Assembly (NCBI GenBank): GCA_965248265.1 | Contig: CBDFJF010000001.1 | Coordinates: forward strand, 736,001 to 800,000 | Source of the DNA: Candidatus Latescibacterota bacterium | Lineage (GTDB): Bacteria > Latescibacterota > UBA2968 > UBA8231 | Reading direction: 5' to 3' | DNA length: 64,000 bases | Shown here: piece after piece, positions 31,251 through 42,623 of the stretch | Layout: each line of letters begins with the position of its first letter | Numbering within the stretch: position 1 is the stretch's first letter | Position numbers and translations under genes: made by a program | The notes under the pieces: generated by a model | Seen by the model: only the letters and a program-made list of their open reading frames with translations | Database searches by the model: none | What the model was told of the DNA's origin: nothing

Positions 31251-31423
31251 AGGATAGGCAAAATACAGCTTCTGAAGAAGCGGCAATCGACGGTGCTGGA
31301 GGCAATGACGCAAAGGCGGCTGCGGCCAGCGCCACGGCCAGGAACTGACAGGGATTGTGCCTTCGTACTGACATTGAGGTGCACCTATGCCTTTCGTTGT
31401 CTCAATCCGAGGCGCGTGATTCG

Positions 31424-31717
31424 CTAACCGTATTGCTGTCGCAGAACCCCCGCCCACACAAGGTGGACCATCGACAGCGCCAGGGCTGCAGTACCAAGAG
31501 CGGTGGGTTTTTGCGTCAGGATTCTGATCGCTGAGACGTACCGGCCATCCGTGTCGATGCCAGCTTGCGCGGCCAGACGAACAACATCTCCCAACACGAG
31601 TAAAATGAGTAATCCGGAAACCGCGGCCGATGTCGCCATTTGCAGGTACCTGTAAAGTTGCTGCACCTCACCGAGAGTCAACCCCCACAACAATGGCGGA
31701 ACGGCTATGGCAGCCAT
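31424..31717 (-). pseudogene. Small membrane protein or C-terminal fragment
   Basis: Three hydrophobic segments; no family recognised. Confidence 0.35.
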
Positions 31718-32104
31718 CGTGCCGTTGTTTATCCAGCCTGCGACCAGCTGCGGTCGCCAAGTTGCCGGACACGCGCCGCGACCTCAACCAGTTGCTCCAA
31801 CGGTTGTCAGCAGACTCTTCACCCTTGAAATTCGCGGCTTGACAATACGTCATCGTACTTATGAAACGCTGTACTTAGTGCTCCAGCGAGAAGCCGGTCA
31901 CCGAGTCAAACATCGGTCACTCTCGCTGGCTGACCCCCAGATAATGAGCGATTGCCGGTCTGCCAACACGCATAGCGCCGCCCAAGTGATGGTCGGCGAT
32001 CGGAACACGGCTTTATTTGCCGTTGGCCCCCGATTGACTACAATGCCCCGCCAATGGCGAAGAGGTGACTGACCTGAGGCGTCTGGGATAAGCGGAGGAG
32101 AGCC

Positions 32105-32938
32105 ATGATCAAGCTGGGATGGTCGACTCGGGCCCCTGAGCCATCGGGATACGTAGACCAGATCGAGTTCGCCCGAGAGCTGGGGCTCGACATCACAGAT
32201 TTCCACCTCCAGGGCATACCGAACGACCCGGCGTTCCTGCTCGGTCTCAAGATGCATTGTCTGAAAGCCGGGTTGCCGATCGGATATCTGGGCGCCGGGA
32301 GCCTTGCGGGCCCTGCTGAGCAGAAGGACGAGCGGCTGGCCAAGGCCAAGGCAGACGTCGATATCGCGTCTTTTCTCGGTGCGCAACTGGTTCGTGTATT
32401 CGCGAGAGGTAAATGGCCTGAAGACACCGTCGAGCAGGAGGCCGTTTGGGGCCCGCTGATCGAGTCCTTCCAGGAGCTTTGCGACTACTCGGCCGAGAAG
32501 GGCGTCGTTTTGGGGCTCCAGAACCACAACCACGGCAGCTGCGCCATGAACGCCGATCTCGTGCTGAGGATATTGTCGGACACCAACCGCGACAACCTAA
32601 CCTTCATCATGGACACGGGCCAGTGGCAAGGCTCACCAGGTACAGGATCTCCGCGAGGCTGGATGGACATCACGGTCGACATCTACAAGGACTACATAGA
32701 GCGAACCGCCCAATTCGCTTCAGCCGTACGGGCAAAGATTTACAAGATCGACAACGGCCGAGAGGAGTGGCTGGACTACCCCCGGATCTTCAAGATCCTC
32801 CATGCGGCCGGGTTCAACGGCAATGTTTCGATCTGCTTCGAAGGGGGCGCCCCGCCCCGCAATCGCTGCGACACCGAGGAGTGCATTAAGCTGGCGTCGC
32901 ACCATCTGCGCGAGGTGATCGCCGAGGTCTACGGGTGA
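32105..32938 (+). CDS. Sugar-phosphate isomerase/epimerase (xylose isomerase-like TIM barrel)
   Basis: 'GLQNHNH', 'MDTGQW', 'RAKIY', 'LDYPRI...GFNGNVSICFE'. Confidence 0.82.
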   Translation: MIKLGWSTRAPEPSGYVDQIEFARELGLDITDFHLQGIPNDPAFLLGLKMHCLKAGLPIGYLGAGSLAGPAEQKDERLAKAKADVDIASFLGAQLVRVFARGKWPEDTVEQEAVWGPLIESFQELCDYSAEKGVVLGLQNHNHGSCAMNADLVLRILSDTNRDNLTFIMDTGQWQGSPGTGSPRGWMDITVDIYKDYIERTAQFASAVRAKIYKIDNGREEWLDYPRIFKILHAAGFNGNVSICFEGGAPPRNRCDTEECIKLASHHLREVIAEVYG

Positions 32939-32960
32939 GACCCGAAAGGAGCCCTCCATA

Positions 32961-34964
32961 ATGCGAAGAGCTACAGCCACCGAAGTCTCCATTCCCGGAA
33001 TTGCCGAGATCACCGCGTCCGTCGTCGAGCCGCCGCCTGCCTGGGCCCTCATGCAACGCCAGCTCATCCACACGATTGAAGACGCTGTCGAGTTTTTCAA
33101 CCAGAAGTACACGTATCCGGGAGGCGGCCAGTTCTACACCTCGACCCTCGACGACGCCTACGAGACTCGTTCGGCGCGCGCCCAGCTTTACTACATCGGC
33201 GCCGAGGACGGCTTTCTCGATCTGGCACTCCAGGACTGGAATGCCACGACCCGCTTTTACGACGACGGCATCGTCGTCAAGCCCGGCGACCCAATCCACC
33301 AGAAGAGATACCACGCTCAGACGCACGACGAGTACTACAACGCCGCCGTCCCGCACGACTGCGACTGGTTCCACATGGGCGAAGGCAACCAGCCCTTTTA
33401 CGATTTCGGCGTAGCTTCCCCTGGGATCCCGGAGAACGCCCGGCGTGCCATGAGGTTCGCCGACATGTACATCGGGGAGGACCCACAGGCGCCCAACTAC
33501 GACAAGAGTCATCGCATTATCCGCTCGCCTCTTACCGGCAGTCGTGGGCCGCGGTTCCACGTCGACGCCAAGTTCGCCAAGAAGATGCTCGGTCCCACCG
33601 GTGGCTACCGCCGCGCCAAGATCAAGCCGCCGGGGCCACCTCCAACAGCGGCTACCCTCTACCCCGCGATCGCGAACCTTGAAGACGACTGGGACCGCGA
33701 TCAAAAGCGCAGGAACGAGATCACACAGCTCTTCGACCGAATGGTGCTGAACGGCGACATACCGATGAACCTCGCCGCCACCGGGCTGGTTACCAACGCG
33801 TATCTGTACACCGGCCACGATCGCTATAAGCAGTGGGTCCTCGATTACGTCGAGGCCTGGACGGACAGGATGAACCGGAACGGCGGTATGATTCCGGACA
33901 ACGTCGGTCCCACCGGCCAGATCGGCGAGCAGCGCGACGGCCAGCCCTGGGGCGGCGCCTGGGGCTGGGACGGCGGTCGCGCCGGCGCCGGTGACCTCCT
34001 CGTCGGCTCGCTGTGCGTAGCCGCCGAATGCGCGCAGCTCTTGACGGGCGACGACGGCTACCTCGATCTCCTGCGCTCCCAGCTCAAGCTCCTCATCGAC
34101 CAGGCGATCACCCAGGAAGGTGAGCTCCGCGTGCCGTACCGCTACGGGCGCGACGGTTGGTCCCACTTCAAGCCGATGAACATTCGCGACCTTGCGCATC
34201 TCTGGCACGCGTCGATGAACAAAGACGACTATGAGTTGATAACCCAGATTCGGGACGGCACGAAGAGTGTTGACTGGAACCAGGCCCAAGGAGGTAAAGA
34301 CAAAGGGGCCGGCCAGTCGGAGCCCGCGCGGTTCCAGTACTACGAGGGCGTGAATCCGAGCTGGCCGGAAGATATGATGCGCGCGGAGTACGATCACGTA
34401 GTCCGCCACTTTCAGGCGATGCGCGAAGATCCCCGAGACCTGGAGACCATGGCCCACGATGCCTTCTGGCCGCCCAACCCCTGCGTCTCGAAGGGCCTCA
34501 TCGAGGTTGCGATGGGCACTCCGCAGAACATCTACCGGGGCGGCCTGCTCAGAGCGCGGGTCCGCTATTTCGATAGGGACCGAAGTCGAGCCGGCCTACC
34601 CCCGGACGTGGGGGCGCTCGTCTTCAAGCTCGAGGCAGAGAGCGCCGGCGTGCACCTGGTCAACCTCAGCAACACTGAACGCAGGCGACTGATCGTCCAG
34701 GCAGGGGCATTCGGGGAACACCAGGTGACTGCGGTCGGATACGACGCGCAAAGCAGGGAGGGCCTGGGGGCAAACCCGTCGCAGTGGCAACGGCAAGACT
34801 GGCCAGTGTCGGAGGCCTCGGTTTCCGTCGACGACAAGTATTTCGCGGTTGAGCTGCCGCCATCCACATCCATCAAGCTGGAGATCCGGATGCGGCGCTT
34901 CGCCAACCAGCCGACCTACGCCTTCCCGTGGCACGGCGACAGGCCCCCAATCCCATTCTTGTAG
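32961..34964 (+). CDS. Uncharacterised ~660-aa (alpha/alpha)-barrel-like protein (paralog 1)
   Basis: Long clean ORF; conserved blocks shared with 61889..63862. Confidence 0.8.
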   Translation: MRRATATEVSIPGIAEITASVVEPPPAWALMQRQLIHTIEDAVEFFNQKYTYPGGGQFYTSTLDDAYETRSARAQLYYIGAEDGFLDLALQDWNATTRFYDDGIVVKPGDPIHQKRYHAQTHDEYYNAAVPHDCDWFHMGEGNQPFYDFGVASPGIPENARRAMRFADMYIGEDPQAPNYDKSHRIIRSPLTGSRGPRFHVDAKFAKKMLGPTGGYRRAKIKPPGPPPTAATLYPAIANLEDDWDRDQKRRNEITQLFDRMVLNGDIPMNLAATGLVTNAYLYTGHDRYKQWVLDYVEAWTDRMNRNGGMIPDNVGPTGQIGEQRDGQPWGGAWGWDGGRAGAGDLLVGSLCVAAECAQLLTGDDGYLDLLRSQLKLLIDQAITQEGELRVPYRYGRDGWSHFKPMNIRDLAHLWHASMNKDDYELITQIRDGTKSVDWNQAQGGKDKGAGQSEPARFQYYEGVNPSWPEDMMRAEYDHVVRHFQAMREDPRDLETMAHDAFWPPNPCVSKGLIEVAMGTPQNIYRGGLLRARVRYFDRDRSRAGLPPDVGALVFKLEAESAGVHLVNLSNTERRRLIVQAGAFGEHQVTAVGYDAQSREGLGANPSQWQRQDWPVSEASVSVDDKYFAVELPPSTSIKLEIRMRRFANQPTYAFPWHGDRPPIPFL

Positions 34965-35249
34965 GTGCTCCCGTACCTGGCTTGACCGAAACGACTGGCT
35001 TCCCGTCGGATTGGGAGAGTGACTTGAGCGACCTTATTGCGCGCAGTATCTTCGATACCAGGTGGTGACGTCCTTATGCAGGCGACAAACCACGACCGGT
35101 CCGAGCATCTGGTAGGGCCGAGATGGTCCCAGCGCAGGCCCCGTTACATCGTGAACGTCTTCGTTCCAAGGTATGATGACGCTCTCGACCAGACGACATA
35201 CCGCCCTGCCTTCTCCGTACAGAAGACATCGGAAATGCACCTCCGCAAC

Positions 35250-35340
35250 AGTGTTTGTAGCGCCTTACGAGCTCGGAAAACGCCTGTTCCGCCCCCGAAA
35301 GAGCCTGTCGGACCAATTCGGCATCGGTGGTTCGCGTCAT
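35250..35340 (-). pseudogene. ECF sigma factor N-terminal fragment
   Basis: RBS AAGGAG then 'MTRTTDAELVRQALSGAEQAFSELVRRY', then breaks off. Confidence 0.6.
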
Positions 35341-35565
35341 TTTACTCCTTAAGTGCACTCGGAATGGAGACGCAGATCCACCAAAAGGTAACACCCTGAA
35401 GCCACACTTCTGCCCATCTCTCAGGTTTTGGGGAGATTTGGCGTCCGTGCCACGGATGCCCACAACGATGCCCGCCCTTTTCTCATCTCGGCCCTCACTA
35501 CCGTGTCAGCCGGCTCTCGAGTTTCGGTGGTTGCTCGAGCCGCTGGCGCACGACAGCGGCCAGGC

Positions 35566-38305
35566 TCAACGAAGCATGAGCAGCTTCCTCGTCGCCTCGA
35601 ACCGTCTCCCGGCGCCCCGGCACGCGAGCCAGCAGCTGGTAGACGTACAGGCCGCTGGAAAGGACCTGTCCGGCATCGTTGCGGCCATCCCACGAGAGCC
35701 GGTAAGTGCCCGGCTCACGCGGTCCCTGCACTAGCGTCGCCACGCGCTGGCCGGTGACGTTGTAGACCGTCAACTTGACCTCGCCCCGGTACGGCAGATC
35801 ATAGGTGATCACCGTCCGGCTATTGAACGGATTGGGGAAGTTCTGTCCGAGGGAGTAATCCGCTGGGGTGACCTCCCCGGACCGCTCTTCGAGCACGGCG
35901 CTGGCCGTGCCGCCGCCTGACGTGACCAGGCGGATGTCGTCGAGGAAGAACCGTCCTTGCAGAAAGCCGAACAGACCGATGCTTACGATGGCGTCCTGCA
36001 GGCCGAGCTCTGACAGGGGGATCTCGACTTGCTGCCACGCCTTCTCGTCCAGATCCACGAGCCCCTCTTCCAGCAGTCCGATGAAACTGGGCCGCGACTC
36101 TGTGCTCTCGAGCACGACGACGATGTCGGGAGGGGGAGCATCCGAGGACGGAGGAGCGCCCGTGGGCGGCGGCGAGAGCTCGCCGGGATGGAAGGCGAAG
36201 CTCAGGGCCTCGAACTCCTCGATAGGCAGCGGCGTGTCCAGCTCGATCCGGAGCTGGAACCCCGCGGGCTCGTCCTCGTCGGGAGGTTGCCCGGCTTCGA
36301 TGGCGAGGGCGAACTGACCTTCGAACACCGGCGCCGTCGAGAAGAAATCGAACTGCCCTATATCGGCCGTGAGATTATCGGCCAGGGGAGCCGCGTCACT
36401 GAACAGCACGAAGTCTTCCCTGATGTCGGAGAGCACAGGGATAATCCTGGTCAGGACGGTTTCGTGCAGTCCAACGGTGGTCATCTGCCGTATGATGACG
36501 CGGACCGGTCGATCGCCGGGTTCACCGGCGGCGGCGAATCTGGCGTCGAGCCCGTAGGACCCGTCCGCATTTACGCTCAGCTGCAGGTCGGCGAGCCCAC
36601 CCAGAGCGGTGAGATCGGCCACGACGGCGTCGATGCGCCCTCCCTCCTCAAACACTGCAGGCCTGACCGTCGCCTTCAACACCACGGTCTGGCCGAGGCG
36701 CACGGCGTCGGGGAAATCCGCTTGCCAGGTGCTCGGTGCCGCGCGCGTGAATGCTTCGCGTCCCTCGAACACGCGGATCCGTTGGCCGGCCCCGATGTCC
36801 TGGAACGAATCGAGCTGGCCCGAAGGCCACTGGATCTCGAGTTCGTCCACCGATGCGTGCGGCCCCAGGCCGAGGTGGATCAACATCTCGCTCTGCGTGA
36901 AGCCGGTCCCTGCCCGCAGTTCCCGCAACAGCTCGAGATCGCCAGCGCGGGCTCTCACGCGGGCGCCGACACCGTCGCGATTGCTCTCAATCCCTACCAG
37001 TTCCAGCTGCAGCCAGTGGTTCTGCGGGGTGCTTTCTGTGCGGTATAAAGCCGGGTCCGCCACCAGACCGAAGCCCCCGCCACCGCCTGCGATCCACAGA
37101 TCCTGATACCCGTTGCCGTCGTGGTCGGCGACGGCGAAGAAACCCGGCGTCGTGATGCCCAGGCCGTCGAGGTGCTCACCGAAGTCGCCCTGTCCGCCGT
37201 TGACGAACAGCCGGATGAATGGAGATCCGATCACCAGATCGAGATCGCCATCGTTGTCCACGTCAAATAGCTCGGTGATCGCGTTCTCGGACAAGTAGGT
37301 CGGCAAGACGTCGTACAACGCGCCTAGTCCGGCCTCTCTCGCCACGTTCGTGAAGCGGCCCTCACCATCATTGGCGAACAGGAAGGAAGGGGAAGGCACC
37401 GACGGATCGTCCTCGCCGCCGCCGCCGCCGGCCTGAAAGATGTCGATGTCTCCGTCCTGATCGATGTCCCCGACGGCCACCCCGAACACTTTGCCCTCGT
37501 CGGCGAGGGTGGCGGTCGTGGCATCGCGGAAGGCCTGCCCGGACTCGCTGAGGAACAGCCGGTTCGAGCCCTGCCACACTCCCACGTACAGGTCCGGCCA
37601 GTCGTCGTTGTCGAAATCGGCGGCCGCCATGCCGTGGCCGCTGCCGCCACCAGTGGTGTGCAGCTGCACGTCCAGGCCCACGGCGTTCGTCACGTCCGAG
37701 AAGGTGCCGTCACCATTGTTGCGCTGTAGCTTGTTGCGGAGCGTCGGATCCTCGACATCGAAACCCGGAAAGAGCCAGTGACCGAGGTACAGATCGAGGT
37801 TCCCATCCCGGTCGTAGTCCAGCCATATGGCGTTGTCGGTCGGCGCCTCCTCGACGAGGCCGGCATCGGACGCCACGTCGGTGAAGCGGCCGCCGTCATT
37901 GCGCAGTAGCAGATCCTGAGCGCGACTGAGTGCGTGTCCGGACGAGACGAACAGATCGGCATCGCCGTCGTTGTCGAAGTCGGCGAATGCGGCGCCGCCG
38001 CCGCGCATCGCCCGCGGCATCAGCCTCGGGATTGACGGCCTCAGAACACTCGTGACGTCTGCGAAGTGACTTCCCCCACCGTTCTCCAGCAGACGGAACG
38101 CCGGAGCCCCAAAAGCGGCCAGGAAGAGATCGGGGAGCCCGTCGTTGTTGTAGTCCGTGAAAGCGATGCCTCCGGCGGAGACCTGTCCGGACAGCAACCG
38201 CCCGACGGCTCCTTCTGTGATATTAGTGAACAGATCCTGCGCTCTCGACGGAGCCGATGGAATCGCCAGGCAGATGATGCATGTCAGCCATGTCTTCACA
38301 GTCAT
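35566..38305 (-). CDS. Secreted FG-GAP/CRTAC1 (ASPIC-UnbV) repeat protein with an FlgD/T9SS-like C-terminal domain; frameshift in the last ~20 codons
   Basis: Repeated 'DxDxDGxxDL'; 'SNRDGVGARV...HLGLG...IQWPSG'; 'QNFPNPFN...YNVTGQRV...WDGRN'; the expected end 'ATRKLLMLR*' (stop 35566) is in another frame. Confidence 0.85.
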
Positions 38306-38349
38306 GTCGGATGCCCTCTCAATTGCATGCGGTGTATCGCGGATCGATC

Positions 38350-38399
38350 ATTATACAGTCAAGACGCAGAGTTCAAATACGGTCAGCAAGACGCGGAGT
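38350..38399 (-). promoter_or_regulatory. Putative activator-dependent promoter with direct repeats
   Basis: TATAAT (minus, 38350-55); CAAGACGCRGAGT at 38360-72 and 38387-99. Confidence 0.45.
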
Positions 38400-38419
38400 C
38401 CGTGCAATAATACCGGAGT

Positions 38420-38699
38420 ATGATCTCCCACGGCTCACGCTTGTGGCGGGCGTTGGCGTCGATCCACTCCAGGATCGCTGCGTCGCCGAGGCCAGCGGCG
38501 AGCTGCTCTTTCAGCTGCTCGGGATCGATACCGGCGAAGTTGATGAAGTGCTGGTCCATGTTGCAGGCATAATGGTACTCGCCATGCCGTCCGGCGATGG
38601 TAGCCCGCCCTTATCCAGCATGCGCGCCAGCATGACATAGCCGCCTAGCCGCAGCCTGGGGCTGCGAGGCGGCCGTTGAGTGAGGTCTGGTGCAACCAT
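38420..38699 (-). pseudogene. DUF5069-like protein, frameshifted and truncated
   Basis: 'PDLTQRPPRSPRLRLGGYVMLARMLDKG', 1-bp loss, then 'GEYHYACNMDQHFINFAGID...ILEWI'. Confidence 0.7.
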
Positions 38700-38815
38700 T
38701 GCATCTGTCACTGTGGCCTTCTCCATGCTTGAAGTGTGGGTTTGCGGCAGATTGGATCTGCCAGTTTCGCCCTGAGACCAGTGCCCGATCATGGGCATCG
38801 GGGTGCCGTACTCAC

Positions 38816-40840
38816 TCATTCCATGCCTGTACGAAGGGGCAGCGCGATCGTGACCTCGGTCCCTCTGCCGACGTCACTGTCGATCTGTATCTCTCCCTGG
38901 TGATCCTGGATGATTCGGTAGTCAGCCGCCAGGCCGAATCCCATCTTCATGCGCTTTCCCGCCGCCTGGAAGTCGAAGTCGAAGATGCGCTCCAGCTGAT
39001 CTTCCGGGATCCCTCTCCCCGAGTCTTGGATACGGATGATCACCAAGCCCTCGGCACCGCTCGTTGTGATCTTGATCTCCCCAGACCCGTCGGTCGCAGC
39101 GATCGCATTCTTCAACAGGTGCATGAAGACCTGGTTGAGCTGACCGGGTGAACAATAGATCGGAGCGATGTCACCATAGATTCTGGAGACGGTGATTTGC
39201 TCTCCGAGTTGCGACTGTAGAAGTGCCAGGGAACTGTCGAGACCTTCGTGCAGGTCAACGGTCTGGAACTCCGCCTCGTCCAACCGGGCGAAGTTTCGCA
39301 GACTGCCCACGATATCGCTGGCGCGTTCGATCCCCACCGATACGACCTTATTGGCGTCGTCCATGACGGACAGCATCGACTGTACTTTTCCGGCTTCTCC
39401 CAGGCTTTCGGGATGTTCCGTTGCCAGGATCTGACACAGCTTCTCGGTGGCCCGCACGAGTGTGTCATGCATGCTCTTTGCGGCTCCGATGGGTGTATTC
39501 ATCTCGTGCGCAACCCCGGATACCAGATCGCCCAAGGAAGCCATCTTCTCCTGCATGACGAGTTGGTTCTGCGTTTCTCTGAGCAGGCGCAGGTTCTCTT
39601 CCAGGGCCTTATTCTGCTCCTCCAACCGCTGAAAATCGAGATAGCGGACATAGCCCAATGACAGGGCGGCCGTCAGCTCCTGGATGATGTTCAGGTGCTC
39701 CGGCGCATATCCTCGATGACGAACATTGACCCAGCCATACTGAAACGGCACACCGGTGATCGGCCATTCGGGGCCTATAATCGGCAGCGGCGCGTCAAAG
39801 CCGCAGTATGCCCACAAATCCCGGGTTTCTTCCAGATCCTCCTCCACTGTTCTTATCTCGGTCCACATCTCCCCACTGCGCCACTGTTTCATTTCTTTAT
39901 CCCAGCTGGAGTCCAGGAGTGATTCGGAGGTCATTGTCGCTATATCTTTACTCAATTCCACGAGGCGGGGATTGGTCCACGAAACGCCGTACTTATGGGG
40001 AGTCACCATGGCAGTGTACCCTATGATCCGCTTTTTCTCTTCATTTACGAAGCGAACGGAGCATATCGGTGCGTCTATGCCCAGATTCTGCACCTCCTGG
40101 AACATCAGCACGATGACGTCGAGCATGTCATCGGAGCCGCGCATCGAGAGCGCTTCTGCCCGGATGCGTTCGATCAGCTTGTCGCGGGCAACGAGGCGAA
40201 GGTTTTCCTCCAGTTCCTCGAAGTCGAGAAAGCGTCTGTAGCCAAGCGCAAGGGCATCGGTCATGGCTGCGACAAGAGGCGAGTACACATCGGGGTGCTC
40301 GTGGTGTCGCACCGAGACCCAGCCATATTTGAAGGGGACGTTGTTGGTGATCCACGGAGGACCCATTGCTTCCTGAGGTCCGGAGAGTCCGAAGTACTCG
40401 ATGAACGACTGCAGCACTGCTGCGTCCTCCTCGTAGCTGCGCGAGACATGCCAGACGTCACCCCCGCGCCAGTAATCCAGGTCTGCCTCCCAATCGTCCG
40501 TGATAGGGACGTCCATCTTGGCCGTCGCCGTGTCGTCGTCGATCTCAACCAGATCCGGATGGGTCCATGTCCGACCGCCCTTCCGCGGGTTGGGGAAAGC
40601 CACGTACAGGATGATGCGCTGTTGATCTTCATTGACGAAGAAAAAGGCACAGGCTGGAGTCTCGATGCCCAGACGCCATAGTTCATGGTACATCTTCAGG
40701 CTGACGTTCATCAGATCGCTGCTAGATCGCATCGACACCACTTCCGCAAGGATCCTGTCGGATGCTCTCTCCCAAGCCAACTGCTGCTGCAGCGTGGCCA
40801 GCTGGGCCTGCAACTCCTTTGTCGTTACCGCCTTCGCCAT
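38816..40840 (-). CDS. Cytoplasmic sensor histidine kinase with two tandem GAF-like domains
   Basis: H-box 'EKMASLGDLVSGVAHEMNTP', 'NQVFMHLLKNA', 'DSGRGIP', 'GFGL'; duplicated N-terminal modules. Confidence 0.9.
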   Translation of the reverse strand: MAKAVTTKELQAQLATLQQQLAWERASDRILAEVVSMRSSSDLMNVSLKMYHELWRLGIETPACAFFFVNEDQQRIILYVAFPNPRKGGRTWTHPDLVEIDDDTATAKMDVPITDDWEADLDYWRGGDVWHVSRSYEEDAAVLQSFIEYFGLSGPQEAMGPPWITNNVPFKYGWVSVRHHEHPDVYSPLVAAMTDALALGYRRFLDFEELEENLRLVARDKLIERIRAEALSMRGSDDMLDVIVLMFQEVQNLGIDAPICSVRFVNEEKKRIIGYTAMVTPHKYGVSWTNPRLVELSKDIATMTSESLLDSSWDKEMKQWRSGEMWTEIRTVEEDLEETRDLWAYCGFDAPLPIIGPEWPITGVPFQYGWVNVRHRGYAPEHLNIIQELTAALSLGYVRYLDFQRLEEQNKALEENLRLLRETQNQLVMQEKMASLGDLVSGVAHEMNTPIGAAKSMHDTLVRATEKLCQILATEHPESLGEAGKVQSMLSVMDDANKVVSVGIERASDIVGSLRNFARLDEAEFQTVDLHEGLDSSLALLQSQLGEQITVSRIYGDIAPIYCSPGQLNQVFMHLLKNAIAATDGSGEIKITTSGAEGLVIIRIQDSGRGIPEDQLERIFDFDFQAAGKRMKMGFGLAADYRIIQDHQGEIQIDSDVGRGTEVTIALPLRTGME

Positions 40841-41475
40841 CTGGCCTGCTCCGGAGGGTCGGATGGAACTGAGGGATATGATAGTGGCCTGCGGACACCT
40901 GAGCGATCTGAGGAGCCCCTATCGCTCGTGACGCTGTCGTTTCTGTAGGATTGCGTCGGCATTACTTTTCTCGCCTAGTACGAGGGCCCTCTCTAGATCT
41001 GACAATCCCACGTCCGCCTCGTGGCGACGGTCGAAGAATCTGTAGTACCAATCCCCTGCTGGTCACGGCCGGACTGACCAACTCGACGCCGAGCCGCATC
41101 AAGGCACGCTTAGCGCCCTCTAACCCGCGAGGTGGCTGTTCCGGCTGGTAATATGGGGACATCTCCGGCCATAAGGAATACTCATCGAAACCCACGTCAT
41201 CTTGTCCATCGGCAAGTGGACTGCTCTGATGGCATAGTCCCGATAATCCCCCTTTTCGCGAGTCGACGCCCCAGACATGATGAGCAAAGGCAAGGAAACT
41301 GAAGTGGACCCGTGGACACGTCATGTATCCCCGCTTCGTTACTGGTGCCGCGTACTTCAACGTCGACCTAGTGGTCAGAAAGTGCATCGAGAGACTCGAC
41401 TGTCCATCAGTGACAGAATCCGATGCTCGGGCCTGCCTTGTGACTGTTCACAGGGCCTCTCATCTTACTTTCAGC

Positions 41476-41523
41476 CTACAGATCGCAGTTATTGCACGTC
41501 TACAGATCGCAGTTATTGCACGT
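41476..41523. repeat. Perfect 24-bp tandem duplication
   Basis: CTACAGATCGCAGTTATTGCACGT x2. Confidence 0.9.
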
Positions 41524-41585
41524 ACAATTGCTCGGCTCGGTCCGGATGAGTTCGGGCACGGATATGGAAAGGTCCGGCTTTTTCA

Positions 41586-42422
41586 GTGATCAGATTCGGC
41601 GTTTCAGGGAGCACGATACTGTCCGATCCAGATCGAGTGGACGAGCTGTTCTGGGACGGTATCGACCATGTTGAGGTGGGTGCGCTTTCCTCTCCCGCGG
41701 CACTCGACAATGTGCTCGCACGGGCTCGACAGGGGTCTATTAGTGTAGGTTTCCATTCGCCGCTGTTTCGAGGGGGCAGCAAATACGACCTCCTGATGCA
41801 CGTCGAGGGAACTCCTGAGCTGGCATGGCAGCAGCTTGAGGAAGAATTATCCATCGCTCAAAAGAACCAGAGCGAGTACCTCCTCGTACATTTTCCCTAC
41901 TTCTCACTGGCCTCCGAGCAAGACCCCATCCCTCAGATTGAAGCCGGATTGTCACGGCTGCGTGCCTTGCAGGACAGGTTTGAGACCAAAGTGCTGTGTG
42001 AACCCAAGCTTGGGCTCAGACGAGATTTGGGAGGGATTGGTATCCTGCAGGCCTATCCCGTTAGCAAGTGGTGCGACTTTGGCCTATCAATGTGTTGGGA
42101 CATGGGCGATTACCTCCTGGCATCAAACACTCTGGAGGAATGCAGGTCGGAGTTGCATCGATGGTCTGAGGTAATTGATGTGATCCATGTCCACAACGTG
42201 AAAGTGACGGCGGAACAGCACTACTGGATCGCGATCCATCCATCTCATGAAAGCGGTGAAGAGTATTTCACCGTCAAACCTTTGCTCCTTGATGCAGCAG
42301 CAATGGATATACTGTTAGTGTGGGAGCACACGCCTCACTTTACACCCGACCACAGCTTCGCATTGGCAGGATTTCAATGGGCAAAAGAGGTTCTCGGATC
42401 GACTCCAAACAGGGGCGGGTAA
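41586..42422 (+). CDS. TIM-barrel (AP endonuclease 2 / sugar-phosphate isomerase-like) protein
   Basis: 'GFHSPL', 'LVHFP', 'CWDMGDY', 'IHVHN', 'WEH'. Confidence 0.7.
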   Translation: MIRFGVSGSTILSDPDRVDELFWDGIDHVEVGALSSPAALDNVLARARQGSISVGFHSPLFRGGSKYDLLMHVEGTPELAWQQLEEELSIAQKNQSEYLLVHFPYFSLASEQDPIPQIEAGLSRLRALQDRFETKVLCEPKLGLRRDLGGIGILQAYPVSKWCDFGLSMCWDMGDYLLASNTLEECRSELHRWSEVIDVIHVHNVKVTAEQHYWIAIHPSHESGEEYFTVKPLLLDAAAMDILLVWEHTPHFTPDHSFALAGFQWAKEVLGSTPNRGG

Positions 42423-42623
42423 ATATTCTCGCTGATTGACGTACGCCGTTGACGAGCATCTTGTGCGTTCTACAGACTGATGCTCGGCTTTGCCCGATAT
42501 TTTATGTTACGACCAAAAGTTCGTGTACCGACCCGTTTTTCTGAAATTATGCGCACCTTTTGTTCACATATAGCAGTTATGAGAAATGCCAAAACCAACG
42601 TCTCCCTTTTCAGGAGGATAGTC

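Noticed and set aside
32886-34457. 523-aa minus-strand ORF (and similar long antisense ORFs at 5808, 12447, 25464, 36029 and 62108)
   Set aside because: Shadow ORFs typical of high-GC coding DNA opposite well-supported genes.
41586-42575. Integron integrase or attI upstream of the array
   Set aside because: The ORF is a TIM-barrel protein without tyrosine-recombinase motifs. Only a GTT box is visible at 42576, so attI cannot be supported.
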